Source: Klebsormidium nitens (taxonomy: Eukaryota; Plantae; Klebsormidiophyceae). From it: a stretch of 64,000 nt of DNA. Positions within the stretch are counted from its first letter, which is position 1, and each line of letters starts with the position of its first letter. A model generated the notes under the pieces. It did not search any database, had not been told where the DNA came from, and saw nothing but the letters and a program-made list of their open reading frames with translations. A program made the translations under genes and the position numbers. Shown piece after piece: positions 35,301 to 47,400 of the stretch. The stretch is taken from NCBI GenBank assembly GCA_000708835.1, contig DF237105.1, positions 99,546 through 163,545 of the forward strand, read 5' to 3'.

Positions 35301-37750
35301 CGCGAGTGCGGCGGTAACGACTGCTGCATGCGGGCGCGCCTCTAGTTGCCGGCCCGACTGGACTGCGGCCATTGCCGCGCCACAGTGGACGGAGGCGAGG
35401 TTGTAGAGGAGCGGTAGGATGGTGCTCAGATTGGAAGTGAGGCCGCCGAGAAGGGCGCGGCGGGCGGGGGCTGTGAAACAACAACAGGAAGAAATGTAAG
35501 TGAACAAAGGGATTCGTGGACTCACAAATCAGCGCCCAGAAGCGCTGACTGACATTTGTAACTGGCCAGGCTTGTTCGCTTGACCTCTCCAGTGATCGCT
35601 TCACATCGAACAGGGCCGTGGCAAACAAACTGGGGACAAGCCCAGCATTCGCAAAGCTGCCATTCCATGCAGATTAATCATGACGTGGTAGATTTTGAGA
35701 AGGCTCGATAGGACCAAAGTTGTCTGAAATACTTTCAACGAGAACGGGTCAGTCTTTATCCACTGCTAGGATAAAGGTGTTCAACCTCGAATCACATGTC
35801 CTACCACACTCGTACATCAACGACTCTCATTGTGCTCGCAGAGACGTCGTCACGCACCATCAAGATCTTCGTTGTGCACCGTAACGTCTTCCGGGAGCCA
35901 CCGCAGGAGCATTGCGACCGTCTCCGCTTGCACCGGACCCTGCTGCGCCATTTCTCTCAAAGGGGGAAGGACTTCTTCTAACAATTTCGGCCCTTCTTGA
36001 CGGATGACTTCAGCAACTAGAGCGGCCGCTCGGCTCTTTATGGCCCAGGGCTCCCCCTCCCCTCCGCTTGTGGCGAGCAGTTGCAGGAAGAGGTTTGCGA
36101 GGGGGTTCCGCTCGGCGGGGGGGACGTCGGACCAACGGGAGTGTGCCACGTGCTGAATAAGCAGGGGAGTCAAATCCGTTTGCACCAGATTGCTACACCA
36201 AATCAAGCTTTTCTGTGTTACGAGTTTCGCTTCCTCTCTAAACATCTTTTCTAATCTTTTCCTACTACATATGTAACTTTCTTCCTATGGGGACGCTGTG
36301 TCTGCGGATAACGAAGTTCTGAAAAGGAAGTAGGAAATGCGTATCAAAGATGGAAAACGACGGCAAGTCCATGGCGGACTGGTTTATGGAAAGAGAGACA
36401 AACATCCTTCCAGACAGGAAAGAATCACATGGTAAGCTGAATTCTCCTACAAGAAGAAATAATGACTTTCGAAACCAATTCAGCACGGGGGTGACAATTC
36501 ATACTTACGGAAGACCAGTAGGGAAAGCCAGTTACCTTAGAGCAAGAATACAGGCTCCGATAGGTGGTCACACGTGGTGCTATGACAAGCTGCCTGATAC
36601 AAGAGACCTCATACGCGACCGAAACGCAACTTCCTGTTTCTTCCCTGTAAGATGTAGGGGCCAATCTTCTTTGACTGAAATAGATCCACTGCTTCGAGGT
36701 ATACACCCCTTACAGAATTGTGGATTTCTACAGCGCAACCATTCATGTATTCTATTGAAGGAAACTCTCCTCTTCAAGCATGAAAATCCATATGACAAGA
36801 TAGAGGGCACCTACCTGCAGGAGCGAGAAGGCATAGTGGCGGACCTCCAGGGGCTGGGACGCTTGTACCAGGAACAAGGCAGCGTTGGTCACACTGTGAA
36901 CCTCGCCCAGTTTCACCTGACCAATAGAATTGTGGCAGAAACATCAAGATACAGTGTAATTTAGTCTGCTTAAAGTTTGTCGCATTGTTCATTGGCACTG
37001 GAGAAAGCGATAGCCACTAAATGTTGTCTGCTTCTTTACAAGTCAGTCCTCTGGAAGGTACTGATGAGCAGTGCAGGGGAACGCTGCCTGGTCACATTAA
37101 TGGGGAATCCTTTGATCTGTTTGTCGAGCAACTCTCATTCAGGCATGAATAAACTTCCAGATGACAGCATGCTTCAAGCTCAGCCTCTGCTTCCTTGTCT
37201 CTGACTGACAATGGTCTAGGATGATGCAGTTCACACTCGCTTTTGGACAGAGCTAATTTCCAAAGGAACCAGTAAACCCCATTGACTACTTCGACAAGAG
37301 CAATCAGCAACTCTGTAAACGGCAAACAGCAATGTTGCGCTCTGCCTTGTAGCCAATGTTGACTGAACAGACAGAAAGTACTGGTGGTGGTACTCGCAAT
37401 GCCAAGTTTGCTGGGGAGCAGAATGGATGGAATTATCTGAGAGATTCAGTGTCACCTTGATGTCAACGTGGCGCCAGAAATGTGCTCAACGACTGCCTAC
37501 AAGCATCCAGTGTCGGCTTTCAATGGGAAACTCTACAAGCGTCATTACTCAGATAATCCAGGACACCCACAGTAGACGCACTACAACAGCTGCAATGCTA
37601 ACGGCGCCACAATTGGTACATCAGAACACATACCTGTTCCAAGAAGTCTGAGGCCGCCTTCCGCTTGTCCTTGCCCGCTCCCGTCACATCCAAGGCCACC
37701 TGTAGTGCCTGAAGAATGCTTGTCGCCTCCTGGCCGCCGACAGCCGCCAT
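20332..37750 (-). CDS. HST: HASTY / exportin-5 orthologue (miRNA pathway karyopherin); final exon lies below 20332 and was not fixed
   Basis: Phase-consistent exons: 37750-37634, 36916-36815, 36152-35858, 35470-35164, 34665-34419, 33886-33724, 33150-33011, 32538-32419, 31808-31641, 31016-30868, 30121-30052, 28103-27937, 27474-27396, 27007-26836, 25786-25602, 25126..gap..24326, 23491-23283, 22826-22601, 21262-21095, 20515-20332. Motifs match recalled plant HASTY in order: WAIKSRAAALVAEVIRQEGP, LRWLPEDVTVHNEDLDG, HPMGQHLGWIVPPLL, RNWLKGVREAGY, TSSVKEQR..QKAGNVITNLT. Confidence 0.93.
21263..22172 (-). repeat. Intronic tandem array: 6 degenerate copies of the acceptor plus 5' part of HASTY exon 21262-21095 (~147-bp period)
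   Basis: Anchor ggggcgac(c)t at 21255 (real), 21391, 21541, 21688, 21837, 21987, 22163. The nearest copy is almost identical over ~70 nt. Confidence 0.9.
22425..22505 (+). repeat. Degenerate 7-mer microsatellite (ACTGAAT/GCTGAAT)n in HASTY intron
   Basis: tactgaatactgaatgctgattgctgaatgctgaatgctaaatactgactactgagttctgaatactgaatactga. Confidence 0.85.
23560..23670 (-). repeat. Degenerate copy of the acceptor plus first ~100 nt of HASTY exon 23491-23283
   Basis: caaaacagggggaccgatggggcgagccac...gggggagacctgta vs real caaaacaggggggaccagtggggccagccac...gggagagacctgta. Confidence 0.8.
24543..25096. other. Assembly gap (N run) inside HASTY coding region
   Basis: 554 N; HASTY-like coding sequence on both sides. 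Confidence 0.99.
26095..26835 (-). repeat. Intronic tandem array: 5 degenerate copies of the 3' half plus donor of HASTY exon 27007-26836 (~150-bp period)
   Basis: Anchors at 26836 (real), 26684, 26533, 26377, 26231, 26097. Copies translate to relics of WIYHAISLFEKALRRSAPHNQAGLQH. Confidence 0.9.
28104..29540 (-). repeat. Intronic tandem array of the acceptor plus 5' part of HASTY exon 28103-27937 (~190-bp period), interrupted by an N gap
   Basis: gaatcgacgtgcaaacctga and gcatttgacc.atggcgcccgcgatgctctc.aaa.gggggacgaga recur at ~28224, ~28950-29010, 29097-29207, 29284-29392 and weakly at 29481. Confidence 0.9.
28279..28948. other. Assembly gap (N run) within the repeat array
   Basis: 670 N; both flanks carry the same aatgggggacgaga repeat segment. 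Confidence 0.99.
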
Positions 37751-38459
37751 CACAACCGCACAACTTTAAGCAGCACCTTCAAGCAGCAACTGAAACAGTC
37801 CACTCAATGTTGATTGAATCAGAAGGGCCCCTCTCAAAGCGTTGATCTCCAAACTGGCGTCTTGCATGTCCCCGTTGCACCACCATGTGCACCTTTTCTA
37901 GGTTTTCACAGCATGAAAAACATTCGGTAGCGTGCGCGCGCGTGCTCGTTTTACTAGTTAGGGTTAGCCGTCGACGATCGGAGCGGAACGGAACGGAACG
38001 GACTGCGCGATCGGGTTTACCTAATAGGATTCTCAAATTTAGGGTTTGGAGGGCTTCCATTCACCCGCCAAAACGTTCAAATTCAACTCGAGAGTCCAAG
38101 TCAGTGGCAAGTGCTCTGAATTTGATCTGGAGGTCTGGCTGCGGTCTTTAGCTTTTGAAGGCTGAAGTGACGTTGCAATGATGCGCGCTCCTCCTGATAC
38201 CGTACATACACCCTCCAGCTGCTGCCTGCAGCTCTAGCGCAGTAGAGGATCTGGGCACACCAGACGGCTGCTCTTTAGACTAGAGGGACGTAATTATCCG
38301 CCGATATGGTCTAAAAAGGCGGTTTGGGCCGTTGGGCCAAAGAGAGTCTTCTCCGCAGTTTACCGCTGGTCCAGCACTTCCAAAGAGAGATTGAAATGGA
38401 CCTGTAAGACAAACTTAAAGTCATTGGCTGCTCAAGTGTTTCTCATCGCTAGTTAGACA
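37751..38459. promoter_or_regulatory. Divergent (bidirectional) promoter region with telo-box and site II-like motifs
   Basis: 709 bp between the HASTY ATG (37750, -) and the coiled-coil ATG (38460, +). TTAGGGTTT at 38039-38047, TTAGGGTT near 37968, TGGGCC at 38325 and 38333, (GGAAC)3 at ~37985. Confidence 0.55.
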
Positions 38460-41400
38460 ATGGACAGCGAGAGGGAAGCCCCGTCCGAAAGGGTCCTCAG
38501 CCAGGTGTCAGAAAACGTGCCGATGGGGAACGCAGACTGCGCGAGCTCCGCAGACTGGAACGCTGCCTTGTTCACGCCCGTAAAGCTGCCCACTAGTGCG
38601 GTGACTTGCGCTGAAACTACGCCTGTCAGGGAGATGGAGGCGTTTGTGGAAAGCCAAGTGCGGGCCCTAGGGCCCATGCGGGCGAGCTTGGACGGCAACG
38701 CCGAGGAGGAAGCACGCAAAATGGTGAGTTTGTCTGGGTAATGCCCTTTGGTTTCGAGGTCTGAACAGGCCATGTTGAAGGAGGTACATGCCTTACCACT
38801 TGGTTTAAACAAGAGACACGGCCACAGAGATCGCATGGGTTGAAACGTGTAGTCTTTTGCTTTTGGGGCAGCATGTAAGTTGCACTAAAAAAATGGCCCC
38901 CACAAAAAGATAAAGGACTGGAACTTGGCATAAAATGTTTGGCATGAAACTCTTAAGGCTTGCCTCTCCAACCCCTCAAGGAAGTGGATAAGGGATCTCT
39001 ACGTTTGAAAGAGAGATCTGTGTCTCTCTTTTACCCTACTCACTGGGCCCAGTGAATGCCACCTGTCAGCTTTTCTATAAAAATCAGCCTTACTTGGCCC
39101 GTTGGCGCCACCTGTCAAGTGGTGCATTCCCAGTTGATGATGAGCGAAGGCCCCAGAAGATCCATCGCGCTCCCTTGTCTGCAGACCGAAGATTTGACAT
39201 CAGAAGATGGGCACGCGGCGGCACACGAACGGCTGGCGAAGTTACTGCATGCTGAGAAAGAGAACGCAGTTCTGCGGCAGCATATTGAGAGCTTAAAGGT
39301 AATCTGGGTCACGCATCTCTGTTTCGCGATTGTCCAGTCAATCTAGACATGATGGTTAAGCCCCAAACAGACTCAAGTGAGAAGGCCACTTGCTCTGCCG
39401 TAATATGGTGGACAACTGTCTTGCTTACTTTCAGACAGGTTGAAAATGAGACACCGTGTCACTGGGGCTCTGACTATGTTTCAGAGTCTCGAGTCACAGA
39501 TGCCCTCATCTTGCATTAGCCGGTGAAAAGTTCTGCGGCGTTACCCAGTCGTGGCGCGCAATCTCATCTGGCCCTCAGGAGACAGGGGCACTTTTCAATG
39601 CGTGTTTGCTTCAAAGGTTAAGGTAACAGAATCATCGATCTCCGGAAGGACTTCTTCTGTTTGTCAATCCGCTTATCTCTTCAAAACAAGGGTCGTGACA
39701 ACAAGCTGGAAAGCGGCTTGCATCTCCCCAGGTATCCCATCCCCACCAGTACCCATGACAAGAGAACTGATTCCACCTCCCCTAACAAAGGCTTCTGACC
39801 TCTCCCCCCAGGACAAAGAACTCGATCTCGCACTGGAGAGCGGCAAAGAGGAGCTTCGCCGGCAGGAGCAAATGCAGGCCCAACATCGGACCGCGATGGC
39901 CGCCGCCGCGCGCGAGATCGAGCACCTGCGAACGGAGTGCATGAAGCTGGGGGGTGTTCTGGAGAGCCGGCAAGCGGAGGACGTTGCGCGGGAGGAGACG
40001 GAACAGGAGCTGCTGGAGCTGCTGGCGATCGTGCAGGTAACCCAGCGGGTTAAAAAAGCTGACCCACCAGCTCGAAGTGACCTCACAGGTTTGTGCCCGC
40101 CAGGTAGTATTGTTCTTGGCAGCGGAACAAATGTTCGCTTTTTCAAGGGGCACCTCCAAGGATGACAATGGAGCAAATTGGTGACCCTTTGTGGCTGAAT
40201 CGAGATACACGCGACGCTAACTTTCTCGTATGTAGTGCTGAGGAAGGTGAGATCTGTTGATCTCCCACAGTACATTGAAGCTGGATATTTGATCATTTGC
40301 ATCAACAGCCCGCAGCATGGCTGATAAGGGCGTCTGGCTTGCAGGAAAATGTACAGCTGTCAAAGCAAGTCCAAGCCGAGGTGCAGCGGGCGGGGTTTGA
40401 CGTTGAAGGGGGCGGGCTGTCCGTAGGGCCGGGAAAAGATCAGGGCCCCGAGGATGCAGACGCTGAGTTTGTTTTCACGGAAAGCAGGGACGGACTAGGG
40501 CCAACAAACTCTGCGGGAAGCGATGCTCCTGAGAAAGCAACAGATCCTTTTGCCAGGACTAATCGGCTGACAAAACAACGGCCGAGGCCAAAGAGCGCAG
40601 GGGCAGTAAGTGAGTCTCACTGGAGCAAAGGGACGGTGGTATTTACACCGGCACTGGAAAGAGCAGGCTCCGGAGGTCTGGGGGTGGGGGGTATGCTTAC
40701 GAGCAGTGCGGAGGGTATGGTGAGGGATCCCCCTGGAAAGAAGGGGCATGGCCGGCTGACTGCGAGGATCCGGGAGTTGGAGGCGCAGCTGGAGGAGGCA
40801 CTTGCAGCGCAACAGGTAAGATTCGTCTAGGATTCTGCTCTGAATCACAACTCTGTTCTTTTAATTTCTTTTTTACACGCAGAGAGGATGAGGTCCGTCT
40901 GTGCTTCAGGTTCAATGCTGTTCGTCCTGTCTTCCTCCGAGAGCATGGGGGCTTCTTCTAGGAGCCCTCGAATATCTGGTGGCACATGTTTGACGCTAGA
41001 AACCAAAACGTTTCTCAAAATAGTCAATCGCCCACGCCCCTGTCCTGTGCGTCTCTCCTACAAGCAAAGAGCCCAGCTCCTTGAAGCTTGCTGTACACGT
41101 TTCTCTCCCTGTGCCTTCTACTTTTTTGCGCAGTTGAGGGAAAAGGATTCCGATTACATGTGGAACGCCCCACTTTTGTCTTTTTTGGCAACTTCAAAGT
41201 TTGACGTAATTTTCATCCCCTTTCCGACACATATTGTCGGTTCCCCTTTCCTCGAGTCCACAGAGGAGATGCGAGCTGCTCTTGGTCGTCTCCCTACTTC
41301 TCGAGCAGATATGAGCCCGGATCCTGAACATATAGGAAGGCTTATAATCTAGGCTTTTGTTTTTCCTCTTCCGCAGGTGTCTGCGAATCTCTCAACCCCC

Positions 41401-44400
41401 GAGCCCACCGAAGAGATGCGCGAGCTGCTCTTGGTCGTCTCCCAAGTCGAGCGAATGGAGCGCCACATCGAAGCACAATCTGGATTCAGCAAGAAGCCAA
41501 AATTCGACTTTCTCTTCCCGACAGGTGTCGGCGTCTCTTGCTGCCCCAGAGCCAACAGAGGAGATGCGCGAGCTGCTCTTGGTCGTCCCCCAAGTTGAGA
41601 AAATGAGGCAACACATTGAGTTACCAGACTCTGGATTAGCATCAAAGACCCAGAAGTTTGACAATGTCAAATCTCTCACCGACAGGTGTCGTCGGCTCCG
41701 GAACCCACGGAAGAGATGCGCGAGCTGCTCTTGGTCGTCTCCCAAGTCGAGCGAATGGAGCGCCACATCGACGATCTCACCAAAGAGAACCACCGGCTGC
41801 GGGCGGCAGCAGCGCAGCCGAGCCCGCGCAGCCACCTGGACATCGGTGTGACTTCCCCCCTGAGCGACGCGGAGCCAGGGGTGAACTCGCCCTCGAGCGA
41901 CGAGGAACGGGGTGTGAATGCGCCCAACTTTAGGGATGGGGGGTTCGGTACCTCCCTAAGCGATCCGGAGCCCGGTGTGAAAACGCTCTTTCGGCAGGGA
42001 GGGAACCGTGTGAAGGCCTCCCACGAGCAGGGTGTGAATGCGGACTCCAAGGAGGAAGAGGCTCTTCGGGAGTTGAGGGAGAAGGTCGAAACGCTCGAGA
42101 CCAAGCTAAGTAACTCGGTGCAAGCCCTTGCTGAGAAAGAGGGGGCCCTCTCTCAAAGCGCAGCGGCGCTTGCTGCCTCAGAAGAGGAGAAGGCCCGCCT
42201 CCGTAGAAAGCTGGAGGTGCTAGAAATGGAGCTGGGCGCGACGCATAGCTTATTGGAGGAGAGCGAGGCGGGGCGGCAGAGCGTTCTGGAGGGGCGTGAC
42301 GAGGGGACGGGTGACGTCATGCTGATGGCACAACTAGAGGCGGCGATCCAGGAGGCGGATGGGCTAAGGGGACAGCTGGCAGATGCGCTCGGGGAATTGG
42401 CGGGGGCTCAGGAGCGGGAAGAAGTCGCGGCGCAAGAGACGGAGAGATTGAGGGGTGCGATGCGGGACCTAGAGGCGCGAGACAGAGAGAGGGCGAAGAA
42501 TTCGGTGCGAGAAACGGAGAGGATGACAGCGGGACTTGAGGGAGAGGTCGAGAAGTGGGCATTGAGGATGGAAGAAGAGAAGGAGCGGTTGAAATCTCAG
42601 ATGCGGGAGGATGTCGAAAAGCGGACGGTGGAATTGGAGAGAGAGATGGAGCGGCTAAGAAAGGCGATTGAACGGGTAGAAGAGGAGGAGGGCTCTAAAC
42701 AAGAGGCGGAAAAGTGGGCGACTGCAACGGAAGGGTTGAGGGGGGAACTAGAACGGGCAGAAAAGGCAAGGGAGGCTGTTCTAGAAGAGGCAGAAAACCT
42801 GAGGGGCGAGTTGGGAAAAGAAAGGCAGGGAGTTGACATGCAAAGGGAGAGGGCTACGGGGCTCGAAGTTGACCTTGAAAGAGTGACAACTGACCTTCGA
42901 GTGCTGGTGGAAGAGAGGGAGAACGAGCGCAGCGAGTGGGAGGAGGGGCTCAGCGCTTGTGTGCGGGCGGCAGAAGCGCAAGCGGAGGTGCTGACGTCAG
43001 AGATGAAGGAGGTGAAACGGGACTTGGAAAAGACGGTCGAGTCTTTGGTGTCGGCGACTGCCCAGCTGGCTTCTGAGCGGAAAGCGGTGGCTGACCAATC
43101 GGAATCACGTGAAAAGGCGGAAGCAGAAGTGGAGAAGCTGCAAAAGGAACTGGGTTTGGCCGCTAACCGGGAGGTCGGTTTAATGAACCAGCTGGCGGAG
43201 TGTGAAAAGGCCCTTGCGGAGTGTGAAAGAGCGCTCGCGATCGCAGAGGAAGAGACGGTGCGCTTCCGGGAAGACCTTGCGGGAGCTGCCGACCGAGCGA
43301 TCCGGCTGTCCGAGCAGGTGGGCGCAACGGAATCCGCTCGAGAACGGGCGGAAACGGAACTGAAACGTCTGCGAGTGGACCTGGCAGAGGCGAGAAAAGT
43401 TGGGGGGCAGATGGCTGGAACGAAAGAGGCCCTCTTTTTGGCAGAGGCCGCGCTGAGCGCTGCTGAGGAAAGGGCGAGGGGCGCAGAAGAGGAGGCGAAC
43501 AGGGCCTCGGCGGAGCTGGAGGCGGTGAGGGAGGAACTAGAGCGGGCGAGGAAAAAAGTTGGCGGGGAGCAGCAGCGGCTGGAGGCTAGGCTGGAGAAGG
43601 TATGGATGCTGTGCCGTTTGGATTCGCGCCAGTGTCTACCCTTTCATAATGCTGTTGATGTCAAATATGCAATTAGTCTTTTCAATCAGTGCGTTGCTTG
43701 CGCTGAAGCAGTCTGATATGCCTTTGTAAAAGATGGGAGAGGTAGCGCCTTCGGGTATGCAGGTTCGAGAACAACTTAGAGTGTCCTAACAGCATCAATC
43801 CCTTGGTGACTTGCTACTTTTCCGCTGCGCTACGAAGCCGCTCTTCAATCATCGAACTTGGAATGTCAGTGCTTGAGTCAGGATTCGACGTCGACGATTC
43901 GGTCCAGATTCGCCCAAGATCTCTCAGCATATATATACCTTCTCAACTACTGTCGCTCTGTCTTTCGGAAAATGCAGGGTTAGCTCGACCGTCTTTCATC
44001 CCTTTCAACCCAACCTTCGTCAGAGACCATCTTCAACCCGTTTCCTGGACCCCCTTCACAACTGCTTTCTAGGCATGTACAATCGGCAGGAGCAGAAGAC
44101 CGTCATTTAAATACAGCAACCGTTCACTGCACCCTTACTCCGTTACCCGTTACCCCTTTCCTTTTCTTTAACCCTTGACCCTCCTCCCCAACCCTTTCTG
44201 TAAACCATTTTTCATAACCCTGCTTTTCAGGCGCGAGCCGAGTGGCAGGAGGAGCTTGACCGCCTCCTAACCGCCACGGAGCAGCGCTACTCGGAAGGCC
44301 TGGAGTCCGCCCTGGCAGGCGCCAAACTAGAGTGGGAACAAAACACGGAGCTGCTGGTAACGGAGACCCGCCGAGAGTGCGGGTGGGAGACGGAAGGACA

Positions 44401-47400
44401 GCTGGCAGCCCTTCGTAAGGGCTTTGAGGAAAGCTTGGAAAATCTGGACAAGGACTTGGAACAGAAGGGGGCAGAAATTGAGACTCTGAGGCAAGAGTTG
44501 AGGAGTGAGAAGGGGAAGTTGGAGCAAGTGTCTGCGCAAAAGGACGAGTTGCGCAGAGGTTTGGAGGCGAGCGTGACGGAGGTTAATAAGTTGGAAGAGA
44601 CGCTCGAAGCGGAACGGGCGGAAGTAGCGGAACTGGACGTGGCTCTGGAAGCAGAGCGGGCGAAAGTCGGGAAGTTAGAGGAGGCGCTGGAACTAGAGCG
44701 GGTAAAAGCTGGGAAGTTGGAAGAAGTGCTCGATCTAGAGCGGGCAAAACTAGGGGAGCTTGGAGAGGCGCTGGAACTAGAGCGAGAGAAAGTCGCGGAG
44801 CTTGCGAAGCTGGAGGAGGCGCTCGAACTAGAGCGGGCGAAAAGTCGGGAGGAGGTCGAGAGCGTGACGGCGCTGTTAGAGGTGGCGCGAGCGCAGAGCC
44901 GAGATAAGGAGGGGGAGATTGTGGAGTTCGTGCAGCAACTAGACGCGGCGCAGTCCGAGTGCGCGGCGCTCGCTGGCCGGCTACAAATTGCGGAGCGCCA
45001 ACTAGAGGCGGGGAGAGAAACGGTTGTTTCGGACACCGACGAGTTGCAGCGGCAATTGGACGACGCTCTGAAACTGGGCGAAGAGGCGTTGTCCGGAATC
45101 GAAGAAAAAGAAGAACAGCTGGCGGGGTTAAGAAAACAGCTAGGGGAGGTCAAGGCGCAGTTAAAGGAGGCGGTGGCGGCGTGTGACGCGGCAAAGGAGG
45201 AAGCGGACCTTTCGGACGCGCGCGCGGTCCAAATGGAGCGGGAGATGTCCGAGTTGCGGACGCAACGGCAGGAAGCGAGGGAAGCGCTGGAGGCGGCGTG
45301 TCGGAAAGGGGAGGAAGCGGAGAAGCGGGGAGATGCGGCACGTGCGGAGTTGCTAAGCGTCCGAAGCGAACTGAACGGCGTCCAAACTGAGCTAGAAAGC
45401 GTTCAAAGTGAATTAGAGAGCGTCCGAAGGGAGTTTGAGGGCGTACGAATGAGGCTGGAAGGCGTCCGGAAGGAGCTTTCGGACGCAGAGAAACAATCGG
45501 CGGCTGTTCAGGGCGAGCGGGACCATGTCAAGAAAGAGCTGGAGGGCGTCCGGGCAGGACTTGACACCGTTCGGCGCGATCTTGATACTGTCCGAAGCGA
45601 GCGGGACAGCGTCCGGAGCGAGCTTGAAAGCGTCCGAAAAGATTTCGACGCTGCACGGAACGAGCGTGACGTCATTGAAAAGGAGTGCGAGAAAGTGAGA
45701 GACGGGACGCGGGCGCTCGCAACGGCGCTGGAAGAAGCCCGGCAGTCGCTCGCAGGAAAAGAGGAGGAACTGCGGAATGCTGCCGAAGTGCGCGAACGAG
45801 AGGTGGGGGCTTTCGGCGAAGCAGTTGAAGTCGCAAAATTGCGGTGGGAACGGGAGTCGAAGGAAGTGCAGGCTGCACTGGCGGCAGCCGTTGGCGCGCT
45901 GTCTGAGAAAGAGATGGAGGTGGCTGCTCTTGGTGAGAAGATGAGAAGTCTGCGAGAGAGGTTCGACAAGGCCGAGGCGGAGATCGTTCGGCGCAAAGAG
46001 GAAGGCGAGCGGCTGGGGGTGAGCCTGGGGGATTTCGAAGCAAGCTTGGCGGACGCGAAAGAGAAGCTCAGAGCAGCGGACGCGACGAGAGCGGCGCTCG
46101 AGAACCAAATTGCGAAGCTGTGCCACGTGGACGGCGCGAAAGGGCGTCACGTGTCGGCAGCGGAGCTGTCAGCGGTAGAAGAGGAGTTGGCGGCCACACG
46201 CCGTGCGTTGGAGGCCCGGAAGGGGATCGTCGAGGAGATGACACGTCAGCTCGACACGTGTCAGGAGGAGAGCAGGGTTTGGGAGGAAAAAGTGGCAAGG
46301 CTTGAAGAGGATTTGGCGGAGACACAGGACGAGTTCGAGAAAAGGGTGGGGCTCTGGGCAGTTATTCTGGTGGCCGGTTGGTGTGCCGTGGTCAAAAGCC
46401 GGAACACAACGGAACGGAAAGCGGACACCGGAAGGGCAGATACCGGAATTCGGCGAGGCGAGCGCCAAGCAGATTCGGGAGTCCGGAAGAAGCTGGCGTT
46501 TCATGCGGACGACCCGCAAGCGGAGGGCAGTGTTCTGGCGGTAGAGGGCGACCTTGAGACTGGCTTTGAGGGGGATGTGGGCGCCCCTAAAACAGGAAGA
46601 AAAGCACTCCACGGAACGAAGGGAAGACCCTCGCCGGGGGTCAAACCAGGGGCGGAAACTTCCCCCGAGAATTCACTCAATCCTCCCCCGACGGATGAAG
46701 TACTAGTGGGGGTGCCGATTCCCGGAAACGAGGTGCCAAACGCCGGGGGGGTCGAAACAGCGCGGAGAGCGTCCCCCGGGAACGAGGTGAAGTCTGCCCC
46801 GGGGGATGACGTGGCCGCTGCGCAGAGGATGCTCTCAGACCTACGTCAGCAGAGTGAATGGCTGCACGTAGAGCTGGCGGGGCTGGCAGTCGCGGAGAAG
46901 AGAGACGACCGGCGACGTCAGGCTGACGTCAGCGGACCGTTTGAAGCAGGGGGGGGCAACGACGAGGGTTCGACGGAGGACGAGTTGCGCGAAAAGTTGC
47001 TGGTAAGGACACGCTGAATTTTCATAACAGTGCGATATGGGCCTTGGCTTCATTGGACCCCTTAGGCGTGGGCCTTGGCTGGGTAAACACGAAAGCAGAT
47101 TGGGGCTGATTGTGCCCCTTTCTTATATGCGCATCACTTTGAGGAATTTTCCGAGCCAATTGTGCAGCTTTTTGTTTGAAATGCCAACAGATTTGAAGGG
47201 GGTGGGAGCCAATGAATGTCCCCCAACAAGACTTGAGTTGAGTCTGAAGTCTTGTGTTCCAATGGCTAACAAAACCAAATGGAATTGGGAGCCGACAAGT
47301 ATTGAGTATTGCCCGCCAAGAATCAAGTTCGATAATGATACAAGACTCAAACCACAATTAGCCAGCAACGTACAAACGAAAATGGAACCTGACCGCAGTG

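Noticed and set aside
44117-44220. CCCT/AACCC-rich tract resembling the reverse of the 8142 MITE
   Set aside because: Similarity is too weak. It is explained as the pyrimidine-rich 3' end of the intron before acceptor 44231.
42317-46612. Many - strand ORFs rich in Ser/Pro/Leu
   Set aside because: Antisense shadows of the long GC-rich coiled-coil exons.
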